A stretch of 64,000 bases of DNA, from positions 7,963-71,962 of the forward strand of contig CALLBD010000006.1 of the NCBI GenBank assembly GCA_938001915.1, written 5' to 3'. The notes under the pieces are model-generated. The model did no database searches and had not been told where the DNA came from. It worked only from the letters and a program-made list of their open reading frames with translations. Of this stretch, positions 10,646 through 21,320 are shown piece after piece. Positions within the stretch are counted from its first letter, which is position 1. Every line of letters starts with the position of its first letter. The position numbers and the translations under genes are program-made. Source of the DNA: an uncultured Caulobacterales bacterium (lineage in GTDB: Bacteria > Pseudomonadota > Alphaproteobacteria > Caulobacterales > Maricaulaceae).

Positions 10646-11485
10646 ATGACCTACACATGTTTTGACGTAAATATTGAAGATGGTGTCGCGCATATTGTGA
10701 TGAACCGTCCCGAAAAACGAAATGCCATGATTGCTGAATTTTGGACAGAACTTCCGCAGATTATTCGCGATATTGATGAAAATGCCAAAGCCCGCGTGAT
10801 TGTCCTGTCGTCTACCGGCCCCGTTTTCTGCGCGGGTATTGATGTTGGGATGTTCCAAAATGATATTGGCGGCGCGCAAGATAAAAACGATCCCCAGTAT
10901 GGGGCCGGATTTTATTTGAATGTAAAACGATTGCAGGCTTCGCTCTCGTCTCTAGAAACCTGCCGTATTCCGGTCCTCAGTGCGGTTCAGGGAGGGTGTT
11001 ACGGAGGCGGAGTTGATCTGATTACAGCATGCGACATGAGATATGGCACCGAAGACAGTTTTATTACGATTTACGAAATCAATGTCGGAATGACAGCAGA
11101 TGTTGGCACATTTCCTCGTATTCTCAATCATATGCCGGAGGGCGTGGTTCGCGAGCTAGCTTATACGGGGCGGAAAATGGGGGCCGCCGAGTGCAAGGAC
11201 AGCGGGCTTTTTAATGAGGTTTATGCTGATCACGACGCACTGCTGGAAGCGGTTATGAAAACAGCGCAGGAAATTGCGTCAAAGCCGCCGCTCGCTGTTT
11301 ATGGCTGCAAACGCGCGATTACATATTCCCGCGACCACAGCACGACTGACGCGTTGGATAATATCGCTGTCTGGAATATGTCCATGTTGATTCCGAGCGA
11401 GATGAAAGAGGCTATGATGTCCAACCATCAGAAGCGCGCGGGACAGTTTAAAGACTTACCAACGGTAAAATCGTCACAGGGTTAA
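10646..11485 (+). CDS. enoyl-CoA hydratase/isomerase (crotonase)
   Basis: NRPEKRNAM, FCAGID, GGGVDLITACDMR, ADVGT. Confidence 0.92.
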   Translation: MTYTCFDVNIEDGVAHIVMNRPEKRNAMIAEFWTELPQIIRDIDENAKARVIVLSSTGPVFCAGIDVGMFQNDIGGAQDKNDPQYGAGFYLNVKRLQASLSSLETCRIPVLSAVQGGCYGGGVDLITACDMRYGTEDSFITIYEINVGMTADVGTFPRILNHMPEGVVRELAYTGRKMGAAECKDSGLFNEVYADHDALLEAVMKTAQEIASKPPLAVYGCKRAITYSRDHSTTDALDNIAVWNMSMLIPSEMKEAMMSNHQKRAGQFKDLPTVKSSQG

Positions 11486-11513
11486 TTGAAACGCGCCTCG
11501 GAATTTAAAAGGG

Positions 11514-11759
11514 TTAGCCAAACGGCAAAAAAACCAAGGATTCATCTGCGCCCGCAATAAATCCTTGGTTTGGTGTGCCAGCATATTCACACAATAAAAA
11601 TTGGAAACGCCCCAATTCAACAACTGCGAAATATGCAACGGTTGCCCCACACACAAGACCGATAAACCAAATTGCCAATAATTGCTTGTCCGGTGATAAA
11701 ACAAAATTTGTCATTTTTGATGATTTGAAAGTAAAAAATGACAAGAAAAAAATTCCCAA
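11514..11759 (-). CDS. possible small AT-rich membrane protein (start uncertain)
   Basis: Hydrophobic segments; fills the gap divergent from AraC; no recognisable family. Confidence 0.3.
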   Translation of the reverse strand: MGIFFLSFFTFKSSKMTNFVLSPDKQLLAIWFIGLVCGATVAYFAVVELGRFQFLLCEYAGTPNQGFIAGADESLVFLPFG

Positions 11760-11825
11760 AATGATAAAAATGCCCTAATCTGCAAATATGGGCGCTCAAT
11801 TCAAGATAATTCAGGTCAAAGCGGT

Positions 11826-12842
11826 ATGAGAATGACGCTTTCCCATTTGTACCTTAAGGCCAATCTGAAAATCTTGGATACATTGGGCTATCCAACGCAT
11901 GTCGCGCTCGATAAATTAGGCCTAGATTACGGCAGATTGAAAGCCTCGCATGAACGTATGAGCCTCGAAAAATTCGTGTCCTGCCTTAATGCCGCCGCTG
12001 ATTACACCGCAAATCCTGATATTGCTTTGCGACTTGGGCATAAATTTAGGGTTGGAAATTTTGGCGCAACAGGGAGCCTCTATTCTCATTGCAAAACCTT
12101 ATCCGATGTTGTCCGGATGAATAATCGATATCAGAAGCTTGCCATTGATGCGGGCACTGTCGAAGTCGAGATTACCCCGTCTGGTCGGCGTAGGATGATT
12201 TTTCGGCCTTATTATGAGGATATTGAAACCTACCGTCCAATCACAGATGTCATTATGGCATCTTACATGACAACCTACAGTTGGCTTACTTGGGGGTCCG
12301 GGGAAGGCGTACTCGCGACGCATTTATCTTACCCGCGTCCTTCAGATGTCAGCGCGCATAAAGACATTTTCCAATCAGATTTAATTTTCGGGTCTGCCGA
12401 GACGTTTATGGAATTTTCCGAAGCTGCAGCCTCTGGAATAATCACAACTTATAATCCTGAAAAACTCACGCAAACGACTATAATATTAGATAGAATGCTT
12501 GGATTGCGGATGGCGGATCAAACGTTTGAAGACGCCATTGAGGCGGCCATACGTGGCGCGTTGAATGCTGGTCAAATTTCCACCCATGTTGTGGCAGAGA
12601 GAATGGGCATGAACTGGTCGACGCTCAGGTTACGCTTGAAATCTAGCGGGACTGGATTTCGGCCGCGTTTGGATAAAATACGAAAGTCTATATTTATTGA
12701 AGAATATGAAGCGGGAAAAAGCTTTGCGCAAATTTCCATGTCACTGGCATATAATGACCAACCTGCCATGAACCGCGCATTTAAACGGTGGTTCGGCATG
12801 ACGCCTTCACAATGGCGCAAAACCCAGTCAAAAAATACCTAA
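11826..12842 (+). CDS. AraC family regulator (OruR/VirS-like ligand domain)
   Basis: C-terminal LAYNDQPAMNRAFKRWFGMTPSQWR HTH. Confidence 0.9.
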   Translation: MRMTLSHLYLKANLKILDTLGYPTHVALDKLGLDYGRLKASHERMSLEKFVSCLNAAADYTANPDIALRLGHKFRVGNFGATGSLYSHCKTLSDVVRMNNRYQKLAIDAGTVEVEITPSGRRRMIFRPYYEDIETYRPITDVIMASYMTTYSWLTWGSGEGVLATHLSYPRPSDVSAHKDIFQSDLIFGSAETFMEFSEAAASGIITTYNPEKLTQTTIILDRMLGLRMADQTFEDAIEAAIRGALNAGQISTHVVAERMGMNWSTLRLRLKSSGTGFRPRLDKIRKSIFIEEYEAGKSFAQISMSLAYNDQPAMNRAFKRWFGMTPSQWRKTQSKNT

Positions 12843-12848
12843 TGGGCC

Positions 12849-13460
12849 TTACCTCGCGCGGCCCCAATAATTATAGGATAAGACACGCGGACCCGGGATA
12901 TAAGCTTGGTTGAGGTCGGCCACCTTTAGGCCGGCTTGGGTGAAAAGTTCGGGAATGTTCCGGCCGCTTTGGCAGCCTCCCGCTAATTTAGACCAGATCG
13001 GGTCTATTCGCGTCTGCCATTTGGCAATCGCCGCGTCTGGTGCGCGCCCATGTTCGCAAAATAATATGTCACCCTCTGGTTTTAATATACGCCGCATTTC
13101 TCGCAGAGCCTTCACGGGGTCAGGAATGGTGCAAAGGCTATAGGTGACCACCACTGTATCGACCGAGTTAGGCGGCAGGGGAATATCTTCTCCTGATAAT
13201 CCAATCCGTTCTACCGGGAAATGCACGGCGTCCCGCCGGGTTTGGCTGCGTGACCAAATATTGTCATCAGGGTCTACGCCAGTGACATGTTCGACACGCG
13301 AGGCGTCATAATGTGGGAGGTTGAGACCTGATCCAATTCCGATTTCAAGAATGCGGCCCTTTGCAAGCGGGATAATTTTTGCACGTTGTTTGTGTATTGG
13401 CCCGATGCTGCAAGCTTTGTCCAAACAGATGGGGAGCACATGTTTTGCGTAAAATCCCAT
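12849..13460 (-). CDS. class I SAM-dependent methyltransferase
   Basis: LEIGIGSG motif I; YSLCTIPDP..ALREMRRILKP. Confidence 0.9.
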   Translation of the reverse strand: MGFYAKHVLPICLDKACSIGPIHKQRAKIIPLAKGRILEIGIGSGLNLPHYDASRVEHVTGVDPDDNIWSRSQTRRDAVHFPVERIGLSGEDIPLPPNSVDTVVVTYSLCTIPDPVKALREMRRILKPEGDILFCEHGRAPDAAIAKWQTRIDPIWSKLAGGCQSGRNIPELFTQAGLKVADLNQAYIPGPRVLSYNYWGRAR

Positions 13461-13508
13461 TCAGGCCTCCCCACTAGCTTTGGCTGGACATGTGTTTAAA
13501 TCGCTTAT

Positions 13509-13994
13509 TTATTTGCGCCGATAGGTGTCGGTTGCGCCGGTATCTTCATCTTGTAAAATAAGTTGTTCTTTATTGGCTAGAACGATGTTCTTGACGGAGC
13601 TATGTCCGGCCTCTGCTTGCTTCTGCAGTTCATTCGCCCATTTAAGCGCGATATCATCAGAAATAAGCGGGAGTATGATAGCCGATTTTTGGGTGAGGGT
13701 TAGCTGCCTATTTGTGAGTTCCCAATGCCCTTTCAGCTCAATTGATAATGGGATGCCCGTATCAGGTAAATTTCTTCCCATGAGGGACAATTTGCGGGTG
13801 AGGCGTGACTCACCATTTTTCTTTACGCTTAAAACTGTGTCCGTTGTCGTGGTCTGTATCCCTCGCGCCGTCATTGACGTCGGGGTTTCTTGAACCCACG
13901 TGCCTAATATTGCTTTTTCTGGGCTCGGGTCTCCAGAAGAACAGCCCGCTAAAAACAACGCCAAAATGAAAAAAATAGGATGAATCAAACGCAT
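13509..13994 (-). CDS. hypothetical lipoprotein
   Basis: MRLIH...LAGC lipobox followed by ILGTW. Confidence 0.75.
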   Translation of the reverse strand: MRLIHPIFFILALFLAGCSSGDPSPEKAILGTWVQETPTSMTARGIQTTTTDTVLSVKKNGESRLTRKLSLMGRNLPDTGIPLSIELKGHWELTNRQLTLTQKSAIILPLISDDIALKWANELQKQAEAGHSSVKNIVLANKEQLILQDEDTGATDTYRRK

Positions 13995-14098
13995 GTCTTC
14001 TAGTAACAGTCCGAGTGTGTTTTCGCAAAGTGGATTTGGTTTTTTATCAGCAGGCGCTATACTGAAGAAAAGAAAGAAAGAAAGTGGTGCCACAGGCG

Positions 14099-14410
14099 AT
14101 GACTACAGAAGATAGGGTTGCGTGTTTTACACCGACGAGAGGACGTAACAATGCAACCAGAATTCCCCGTTGGAAATATGATTGCGTACGGCGCGCTATC
14201 CTGCAGTCACTTGATGAGGCAGAAGACGGTGAAGTTTACTTCAAAGATTTGATGCAGCATGTCCAAAGTCACCTTAGTTCTAATCAACTCGCTAAGCTTG
14301 GGTCGCTTAATTGGCATGTGACGACGGTGAAGCTAAATATGGAAGTCGCGCGCGAATTGGAACGGATCCCCCGGAAAACGCCCCAAAGGCTGCGTAAGAC
14401 AATTTTTTAA
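14099..14410 (+). CDS. DUF6958-like small protein
   Basis: IPRWKYD..., GSLNWHVTTVKLNME. Confidence 0.7.
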   Translation: MTTEDRVACFTPTRGRNNATRIPRWKYDCVRRAILQSLDEAEDGEVYFKDLMQHVQSHLSSNQLAKLGSLNWHVTTVKLNMEVARELERIPRKTPQRLRKTIF

Positions 14411-14471
14411 ATATTTTCGAAAATGAAAAATTTTACTTGGGGTTAATCGCCTAGCTGGATTAAGGAAAAGC

Positions 14472-15431
14472 ATGTCAAATTTCCTAAAGCTCGCACTTCC
14501 TCAACTCGCGCCCATGTGGCTCTCTCGCGAGGCGGGCCTTGCCCAAGTGATAAGAACAATAGAAAAGGCATCTAAAGAAAAGGCCGACTTAATCGTTTTT
14601 TCCGAGAGTTTTGTCCCGGGATATCCGTTCTGGTTGGACGGCACGGGCGGCGCAAATTTTAATAATGATAAACAGAAGCGCATCTTTGCCCATTATTCTG
14701 ATCAAGCTATTACGATTGAAGACGACCATTTGGCGGATGTGCGCGCGGCGTTAAAAGCCGCCAATATGGCCTGTTATCTCGGGATAATTGAGAGACCGCG
14801 AAATCGCACGGGACACTCACTTTATTGCTCTTATGTTTATATCGACAAAAGCGGCACGGTGCAGTCTGTCCATCGCAAGCTTCAGCCGACCTATGAAGAA
14901 CGCCTTGTTTGGTCCCCTGGAGATGGGCACGGGCTTGTCACCCATCGTCTCGGGGCTTTTACGGTGGGCGGACTGAATTGCTGGGAAAACTGGATGCCAT
15001 TGGCGCGCGCGGCCCTCTATGGTCAAGGCGAGGACCTGCATGTCATGGGATGGCCTGGAAGCGATAGAAATACACAAGACTTAACCCCAGTTTTAGCGAA
15101 GGAGAGCCGCAGCTATTGCGTCTCTGTCTCTGCAATTATGCGTCCGTCAGATGTACGCAGCGATACGCCTTTTGCGGAGGAAATCCGTGCGAGCCTCAGC
15201 GATATGCCTGCCAATGGCGGGTCCTGTGTGGCAGCGCCAGATGGCAGCTGGGTGCTGGAGCCTTTAATTGGCGAAACAGGTCTTCGCTATTGCGAATTAG
15301 ATCCCAGTTTTGTACGGCGTGAGCGGCAAAATTTTGACCCTGCTGGACATTACTCCAGACCTGATGTGACCCAATTATTGGTCGACCGCCGCCGGCAGAC
15401 CACCACCCGGTTTATAGACGAGACGGATTAA
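14472..15431 (+). CDS. nitrilase (carbon-nitrogen hydrolase)
   Basis: E-K-C triad: FSESF, HRKLQPT, LNCWEN; DPAGHYSRPD. Confidence 0.92.
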   Translation: MSNFLKLALPQLAPMWLSREAGLAQVIRTIEKASKEKADLIVFSESFVPGYPFWLDGTGGANFNNDKQKRIFAHYSDQAITIEDDHLADVRAALKAANMACYLGIIERPRNRTGHSLYCSYVYIDKSGTVQSVHRKLQPTYEERLVWSPGDGHGLVTHRLGAFTVGGLNCWENWMPLARAALYGQGEDLHVMGWPGSDRNTQDLTPVLAKESRSYCVSVSAIMRPSDVRSDTPFAEEIRASLSDMPANGGSCVAAPDGSWVLEPLIGETGLRYCELDPSFVRRERQNFDPAGHYSRPDVTQLLVDRRRQTTTRFIDETD

Positions 15432-16063
15432 AGCGTAATCTCATTTGGATGACGGATCGTTACGGCACCCGATAATTTCTCCCCCGCAGGATTCAAATAG
15501 AAAACGGGCATATTGCCGGCTTTAGCAGCCGTTACTCCCGTCACGCTATCTTCAATCACTAGGCAGTGTTTAGGGGCAATGCCAAAGCTTTGCGCGGCGT
15601 GTAAAAATAAGTCAGGCGCCGGCTTCGGATTTTGTACATCTCGTGACGAAAAAATTCGCCCGGCAAATATCTTGTCCAACCCCGCCGCTTTTAGGGTCAC
15701 TGCCATCTTCTCATGGGGACCCTGGGAGGCAACGCAAATTTTCAGACCCGCTTCCGTTACGCGGGTGATAAGGGCCGTAATACCCGGAACGGGTTTCACG
15801 TCTTTTAGAGCTACCTGGCAGGCGGCATCAAATTCTGTAATCCAATCGCGAGATATGGTTCGGCTCAGCTCCGTCTCTAAGGCCGCATGTACCTGATGCA
15901 TATGCCCGCCTTTAAACCGCGCGATGGACTCGGCAGCCGTTATAGGCCATCCCTGAGCGGTTAGCGCCTCGGCCATAACCTTATTCGCGGTTGTCTCACT
16001 CTCCACTAAAACGCCATCACAATCAAAAACTATGAGCTGTGTTGCAGTTGGAATTTTTACCAT
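15428..16063 (-). CDS. HAD-IA hydrolase
   Basis: FDCDGVL, KPAPDLF, IEDS. Confidence 0.92.
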   Translation of the reverse strand: MVKIPTATQLIVFDCDGVLVESETTANKVMAEALTAQGWPITAAESIARFKGGHMHQVHAALETELSRTISRDWITEFDAACQVALKDVKPVPGITALITRVTEAGLKICVASQGPHEKMAVTLKAAGLDKIFAGRIFSSRDVQNPKPAPDLFLHAAQSFGIAPKHCLVIEDSVTGVTAAKAGNMPVFYLNPAGEKLSGAVTIRHPNEITL

Positions 16064-17811
16064 TATTTGGTCAGGTTTAATTGCGCCGTTTCACCCGCAA
16101 GTTCAGCCGATAAATCTGTAAGCTTTAGTTTGAGGCCCGTTTCCAGCGCATCTAATTTAGCCTTGCGGATATGTGTTTGCACCTGCGCAAGAGGGAGATC
16201 TGTATTGCCTGAAAAATGCATCCATGACTGGCCCGTATATTCAGGCCAATTTGGAATGCCTTCGCCATTCGGGTTTCCGGTTTTTGCAAAATTTGTCCAG
16301 GCGGAAACCATGATGTTTGTCAATTCTATGTCATCATCTGACAGGCCAAGAATGGTTTCATTGCTATCGAATACAAAAGGAATTTCCGCCGCATGGAAGG
16401 CGCCGAGTGTTTGTTTCTTCGACGGCGGCGTACGGGAGAAATGATAGAGATATGACGGTGCGCCTTTGGCAGCATTGGCCCGCGCGGCATAGCGTACATT
16501 TACGCCAAATATTTCGTCGCCCATCATTTGTGTTCCGCCTGCCACGAAATCTGTGTTCAAATCATAGAGCTGAGCCAGCGTTTCACCTTGCCCAGGATAA
16601 TGGGTATTCAGGGCCGCAATCATCTCTGGACCGCCTTGTGGCATGTCGGGCTCCCACACAGAAGGTTGGGGGTCATCTGGGAAGAATAAGGTGCCTTCAT
16701 CCGAATTATATCCTGTCAAGAAAGGCACAGCGTTTATCTCGCCGTCGCGAAAGGCATGCCCCACATTTTTGGGAAAGACATAGCCGTCTCTGATGTGGTG
16801 GAAGGACTCATCGGATTTTTCAGGAAGATTCGCCATGATGGTCTCGGCGGGCACAGCCCGTAATGCGTCGGCTGTGGGCGCGTCTAAGCCTACGGATTTA
16901 GCAACCTTTTCACCCATCATATAACCACTCGGCCACCCTAATCCGTTGCCCTCCATCTGCCCAAGATGATAGGTCGAGGCACCGCTTTGGGCGATAGCTT
17001 TATGAAATTTCCCTGCAGCGAGAGGACTGGCCATCATTTCTGTCACAGACCAGCCGCCCGCGCTTTCCCCAAAAATAGTGACATTATCGGGGTCTCCGCC
17101 ATAGGCTGCGATATTCTCCTGAACCCAGTCAAGAGCGGCGATTTGGTCGAGGCTTCCGTAATTTCCAGAGACCCCATTGGGGTCAGCTTCGGATAAGGCA
17201 GGATGGGCCATATATCCGAATACACCCAAGCGATAATTTATTGTAACGAGAACGACGTCTTTTTCGACAAGTCCGTTGGATTGATAATAAGAAAAATCAC
17301 CCGAGCCAAATTGGTGACCGCCGCCATGTATCCAGACCATGACGGGCTGTTTCGTCGCACCATTGAGATTGCCTGTTCTCACATTCAAATAGAGGCAGTC
17401 TTCACTCATAGGCGAGGGCGGCTCCGCTGCGACGGCCCGTTTTATCAAAGTTGTTTTAATCGCATTTAGTCCATGCCCATCAATCAGGCGTTCAAAGAAA
17501 CCGCCTTCGACATTATCGGCTTGCATGCAGCGATTACCAAATTTATCCGCCACGCGCGTTTCTGTCCAACGCGGGGCGGATTCTGGGGGTGCCCAGCGTA
17601 AGTCCCCTACAGGCGCGGCGGCGAAAGGGAGGCCTTTGAAGTTGAAAATTTGAGGTGTGTCCGTTGTAACACCTTGGACCGGTCCTTGGGGCGTCACAAT
17701 CAGCGCGGCGTCAGACACCTCGCCGGACGGATTAACACAGGCGGCTAAGGGGCTCAGGAGAACCAGCGCAGCAGCGGTCTTCACAGCTTTTAATTTCATC
17801 TGTCGGCGCAT
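16063..17811 (-). CDS. type B carboxylesterase, lipoprotein
   Basis: SEDCLYLNV, HGGG, FGESAGG, FHAAE; LAAC lipobox. Confidence 0.93.
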   Translation of the reverse strand: MRRQMKLKAVKTAAALVLLSPLAACVNPSGEVSDAALIVTPQGPVQGVTTDTPQIFNFKGLPFAAAPVGDLRWAPPESAPRWTETRVADKFGNRCMQADNVEGGFFERLIDGHGLNAIKTTLIKRAVAAEPPSPMSEDCLYLNVRTGNLNGATKQPVMVWIHGGGHQFGSGDFSYYQSNGLVEKDVVLVTINYRLGVFGYMAHPALSEADPNGVSGNYGSLDQIAALDWVQENIAAYGGDPDNVTIFGESAGGWSVTEMMASPLAAGKFHKAIAQSGASTYHLGQMEGNGLGWPSGYMMGEKVAKSVGLDAPTADALRAVPAETIMANLPEKSDESFHHIRDGYVFPKNVGHAFRDGEINAVPFLTGYNSDEGTLFFPDDPQPSVWEPDMPQGGPEMIAALNTHYPGQGETLAQLYDLNTDFVAGGTQMMGDEIFGVNVRYAARANAAKGAPSYLYHFSRTPPSKKQTLGAFHAAEIPFVFDSNETILGLSDDDIELTNIMVSAWTNFAKTGNPNGEGIPNWPEYTGQSWMHFSGNTDLPLAQVQTHIRKAKLDALETGLKLKLTDLSAELAGETAQLNLTK

Positions 17812-17908
17812 TTAAAATCTCCCTTTCCAACTTGATACGCAGCAAATAGGAGAAAGGACAAGTATTCTGTACTTTGCCCTGCGCATGCATTTGTGTAGGT
17901 CGCAAGAT

Positions 17909-18994
17909 GTGAGTGACCAACACGACATAATCATTATTGGAGCGGGCCTTATTGGGCTATGTACGGCTGATGCCTTGTTAGAGCGGGGCGCGAAGGTGAC
18001 TGTGATAGAGGCACGGCCAGGCCCCTGCGAGGGGACAAGTTTTTCAAACTCTGGGATGATACATCCTAGCCAAGCCTTAAGCTGGGACTCTGACAAGTTA
18101 ACGGCCTCGGCGTTGTCGCGTGAAGCGTTGGCCGCGGGCTATGTAACAGCGCGTTTGGCCGAGCGTTCTCAATCACGTCTGGCGCAAAAAATTTCATCCT
18201 TCGGCTTCCCACCGCGGACCGCTGGCTGTTTCCAGCTCCATGCAGATTTCGATTCGGCTCGGGCAGCTCAAGCCCGCTATCAGAAGCTCGGTATTCAAAC
18301 AGACGTTCGTATTGACCCTGACCTAACATTCGGGCTCGCGGCGTGTTTTTTCCCAAATGATACGTCTGGGAATGCCCGAAAATTTGGATGTGCCCTAGCT
18401 GATGATTTGGCGCGCCGTGGCGTAGCGTTCAAATATGAGGCCAAAGCGCAGGATATTCGCCGCGCCCAAGACGGATTTGCGGTCAGTACGGCGAAAGGCA
18501 TTTTGCATTCCGAGCATTTGGTTGTGGCCGCGGGCTCAGCCTCGCCCGCCTGTTTGGCGCGGCTTGGCGTTAGGCTCAACCTCAGCTCGGTCGCGGGTGC
18601 GGCCATGGATTTTACCTTGCCAGAGGATGGGACCGCTTTGCCCGCCTGCCCTATAATGGACGCGCAGAGCCGGTCAGCTCTGACCGTTTTTGACAGCCAT
18701 GTCCGAATTTCTGGCGGGTGGCATGTAACGGACCCGAAAACCTTACTTCGCCGCTGGCGGGACATCGCGCCTGACTTTGTAAATGGCTTGGGCGCGCCTA
18801 TATCTGAATGGACAGCTACCCGTCCCGTGAGCCCAGTTGGCCGTCCCTATATTAGCGGGACGTCCATCCCAAAACTTTGGATCAACACAGGTCATGGCCA
18901 TATGGGCTGGACATTATGTGCAGGTTCAGGTGAACTTTTGGCGCGCCTTATTTTGAAGGAGGCAGAGGATAACCGGTTCACTTTTGCGGGTTGA
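17909..18994 (+). CDS. FAD-dependent oxidoreductase, DadA/DAO family
   Basis: GAGLIG, GTSFSNSG, NTGHGHMGWT. Confidence 0.88.
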   Translation: MSDQHDIIIIGAGLIGLCTADALLERGAKVTVIEARPGPCEGTSFSNSGMIHPSQALSWDSDKLTASALSREALAAGYVTARLAERSQSRLAQKISSFGFPPRTAGCFQLHADFDSARAAQARYQKLGIQTDVRIDPDLTFGLAACFFPNDTSGNARKFGCALADDLARRGVAFKYEAKAQDIRRAQDGFAVSTAKGILHSEHLVVAAGSASPACLARLGVRLNLSSVAGAAMDFTLPEDGTALPACPIMDAQSRSALTVFDSHVRISGGWHVTDPKTLLRRWRDIAPDFVNGLGAPISEWTATRPVSPVGRPYISGTSIPKLWINTGHGHMGWTLCAGSGELLARLILKEAEDNRFTFAG

Positions 18995-19015
18995 TCGTGG
19001 CGGCGGTCTGCCAAT

Positions 19016-19261
19016 TTAAGCGATAATATCAGGCGTTATCTGGTTCTCAATAAAGGTGATTTTATCTTTCATTGCGAGCTTGATCTTCTTCATACGCCGC
19101 ATTTTCAACATATCCGTTACGCCAGTTTCCGACATCGCTGCGATCTCTCGATCAATCGCTCGATGTTCATTTTTTAGACGCTCCAACAGCGCAATCATCT
19201 CGTCTTTAGGCATCCCATCTGGGATATCCTGACGGTCGTCTTCTGGAGGCCTCTTATCCAT
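19016..19261 (-). CDS. DUF465/YdcH family coiled-coil protein
   Basis: EHRAID...RRMKKIKLAMKDKI...PDIIA. Confidence 0.88.
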   Translation of the reverse strand: MDKRPPEDDRQDIPDGMPKDEMIALLERLKNEHRAIDREIAAMSETGVTDMLKMRRMKKIKLAMKDKITFIENQITPDIIA

Positions 19262-19431
19262 ATAGTTTCCTAACCTGATTGCTGTTAGCGCGCAACGACT
19301 CACGGCCCGTGAGCGTAAAAAAAGGATTGATTAACCCCCGCAGCTGAAACTTTAAAAACTATTACGAAAAACGAGACAAACGCGCTTCATCATGTTATAG
19401 GAGGCTCATCACGACATAACAGGAGCAAGAC

Positions 19432-19602
19432 ATGGCTGTATCAGGACGTTTGGAAACCCTGCATAATAAACACATCGATTTGGAAGAAAAAATCCAAGCT
19501 GAGCTCCGAAGTCCACTCCCTGATACCTTGCGAATTTCCCGTCTCAAACGTGAAAAGCTTCAAATAAAAGATACATTAAGGCAATTTGCGCAGGCGTCAT
19601 AA
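19432..19602 (+). CDS. DUF465/YdcH family protein, 56 aa (not in ORF track)
   Basis: AGGAG RBS; MAVSGRLETLHNKHIDLEEKIQAELRSPLPDTLRISRLKREKLQIKDTLRQFAQAS. Confidence 0.88.
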   Translation: MAVSGRLETLHNKHIDLEEKIQAELRSPLPDTLRISRLKREKLQIKDTLRQFAQAS

Positions 19603-19696
19603 TCGCAGCTGTTGCCGCTGGAAACAGCGCAGCCTATAGAACCCTCATTGGCCCAGGGGTCATTGAGGGTTTATTTTTGCCGCAAAGGAGGTCGCC

Positions 19697-20500
19697 ATGT
19701 CTGACCGCGTTTTTATTGTCACAGGTGCCGCGCGCGGAATCGGTTTGGCGTGCGCGCAGCGCTTGGTCAATGATGGCCACCGGGTTGTACTTGCAGACTT
19801 GGATGCCGAGGCAGGCATGGCGTCAGGCCGGGATTTGGCGGTAGATACGGACCGTTCAATATTCGTGGAGTGCGATGTGGCAGATCCGCTCTCTGTCCAT
19901 AATCTCATAGCCGAGACCCTAGGCGCATATGACCGGATTGACGGGCTGATAAATAATGCGGGCATAGCCATAAAGGGCGGGGCCTTAGATATGAGCATTG
20001 AGGATTTTGACCGAAACCTGGCCGTGAACTTGCGCGGTGCTTTTCTGGTGTCGAAAGCTGTTGCGAAATATATGGTCGAAGAGATCGAAAACCGGGCTGA
20101 TCGATCCCGATTAACCGAACGGCCCTATGCCATTGTCAATATGTCGTCGATAAATGATACGGTCGCGATACCTGATTACCTCGCCTACACGATTTCAAAA
20201 GGGGGGATGCACCAAATGACGCGGGCTATGGCGATTGAGCTCGCCCCCTATGGCATTCGCGTTAACGGGATTGGGCCCGGATCAATTAAGACCGACATGC
20301 TGGCGAGTGTTGTATCTGATGCGGGCGCGCTGAAAAAAATTACGCAGCGTACACCGCTGGGCCGTCCCGGATTGCCAGATGAAATCGCCTCTGTTGCGGC
20401 TTTTCTTTTGTCAGAGGACAGCAGCTATATCACAGGACAGCATATTTATGCTGATGGCGGGCGTCTGGCCTTAAATTATACTATGCCAGTGGATGATTGA
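19697..20500 (+). CDS. SDR oxidoreductase
   Basis: TGAARGIG, NNAG, YTISK. Confidence 0.93.
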   Translation: MSDRVFIVTGAARGIGLACAQRLVNDGHRVVLADLDAEAGMASGRDLAVDTDRSIFVECDVADPLSVHNLIAETLGAYDRIDGLINNAGIAIKGGALDMSIEDFDRNLAVNLRGAFLVSKAVAKYMVEEIENRADRSRLTERPYAIVNMSSINDTVAIPDYLAYTISKGGMHQMTRAMAIELAPYGIRVNGIGPGSIKTDMLASVVSDAGALKKITQRTPLGRPGLPDEIASVAAFLLSEDSSYITGQHIYADGGRLALNYTMPVDD

Positions 20501-20587
20501 CGACCCGTCTGTAAGCTCTATTCTAGCGATTGAGAGAGTCCCATATGCGATCGGTTTTCGGAATCGATATTGTAAGAAAGACGAACC

Positions 20588-21247
20588 ATGAAATTAAGTA
20601 TACTTCCGCTTATGTCGGCGCTGGTTATATCGCCGATGTTTATATCGGGCTGCGCGACGGCAGCCTATAATATTCAGGAGCGTTTTGGTATTGAGAAACG
20701 CGATATTCTTGTCGGCCGGGTCGAATCCGTTGCAGAGTCCCAAACAGAGGCAAAAGAGGAATTCGTCGATGCGCTTGAGGCCTTTCGCGCTGTTGTTAAT
20801 GTGGACGGCGGCGAGCTGGAAAATGTCTATGATGATTTGAACCGCGCCCATAAACGCGCCGAAACTAAAGCCAGTGACGTCCGCGCCCGTGTTAAGTCTG
20901 TGAAACAAGTCTCAAATGATTTGTTCCGCGAATGGGAGGGTGAACTAAACCAATATTCCGATGCAGCATTGCGCCGCGCCTCCGAGCGTCAGCTTCGCGA
21001 AACACAAGCGCGCTATGATGTTCTCGTTGATAAAATGGATGATGCAACGGCCTCGATGGATCCCGTGCTAACCGTGTTTAATGACCGTGTCCTATATTTG
21101 AAACACAATCTGAATGCGCGCGCGATTGCCGCGCTCAATACAGAAACGGCTTCGTTGGAGGGGGATGTGGCGCGCTTGATTGCCGAAATGGAACAATCCA
21201 TTGCCGCCGCGGACGCCTTCATCGCGGAGATGAATGGGACGAGCTAG
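20588..21247 (+). CDS. DUF2959 family lipoprotein
   Basis: ISGC lipobox; EKRDILV..V; LYLKHNLNARAI. Confidence 0.88.
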   Translation: MKLSILPLMSALVISPMFISGCATAAYNIQERFGIEKRDILVGRVESVAESQTEAKEEFVDALEAFRAVVNVDGGELENVYDDLNRAHKRAETKASDVRARVKSVKQVSNDLFREWEGELNQYSDAALRRASERQLRETQARYDVLVDKMDDATASMDPVLTVFNDRVLYLKHNLNARAIAALNTETASLEGDVARLIAEMEQSIAAADAFIAEMNGTS

Positions 21248-21281
21248 CGCGCCACGCTGTCGCTTCGTTTTGACCCCATGT

Positions 21282-21311
21282 AAAAAAGCCCGCCAATTGA
21301 GCGGGCTTTTT
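21282..21311. terminator. bidirectional intrinsic terminator
   Basis: AAAAAAGCCCGC-CAATTGA-GCGGGCTTTTT. Confidence 0.85.
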
Positions 21312-21320
21312 CTTTAAACG

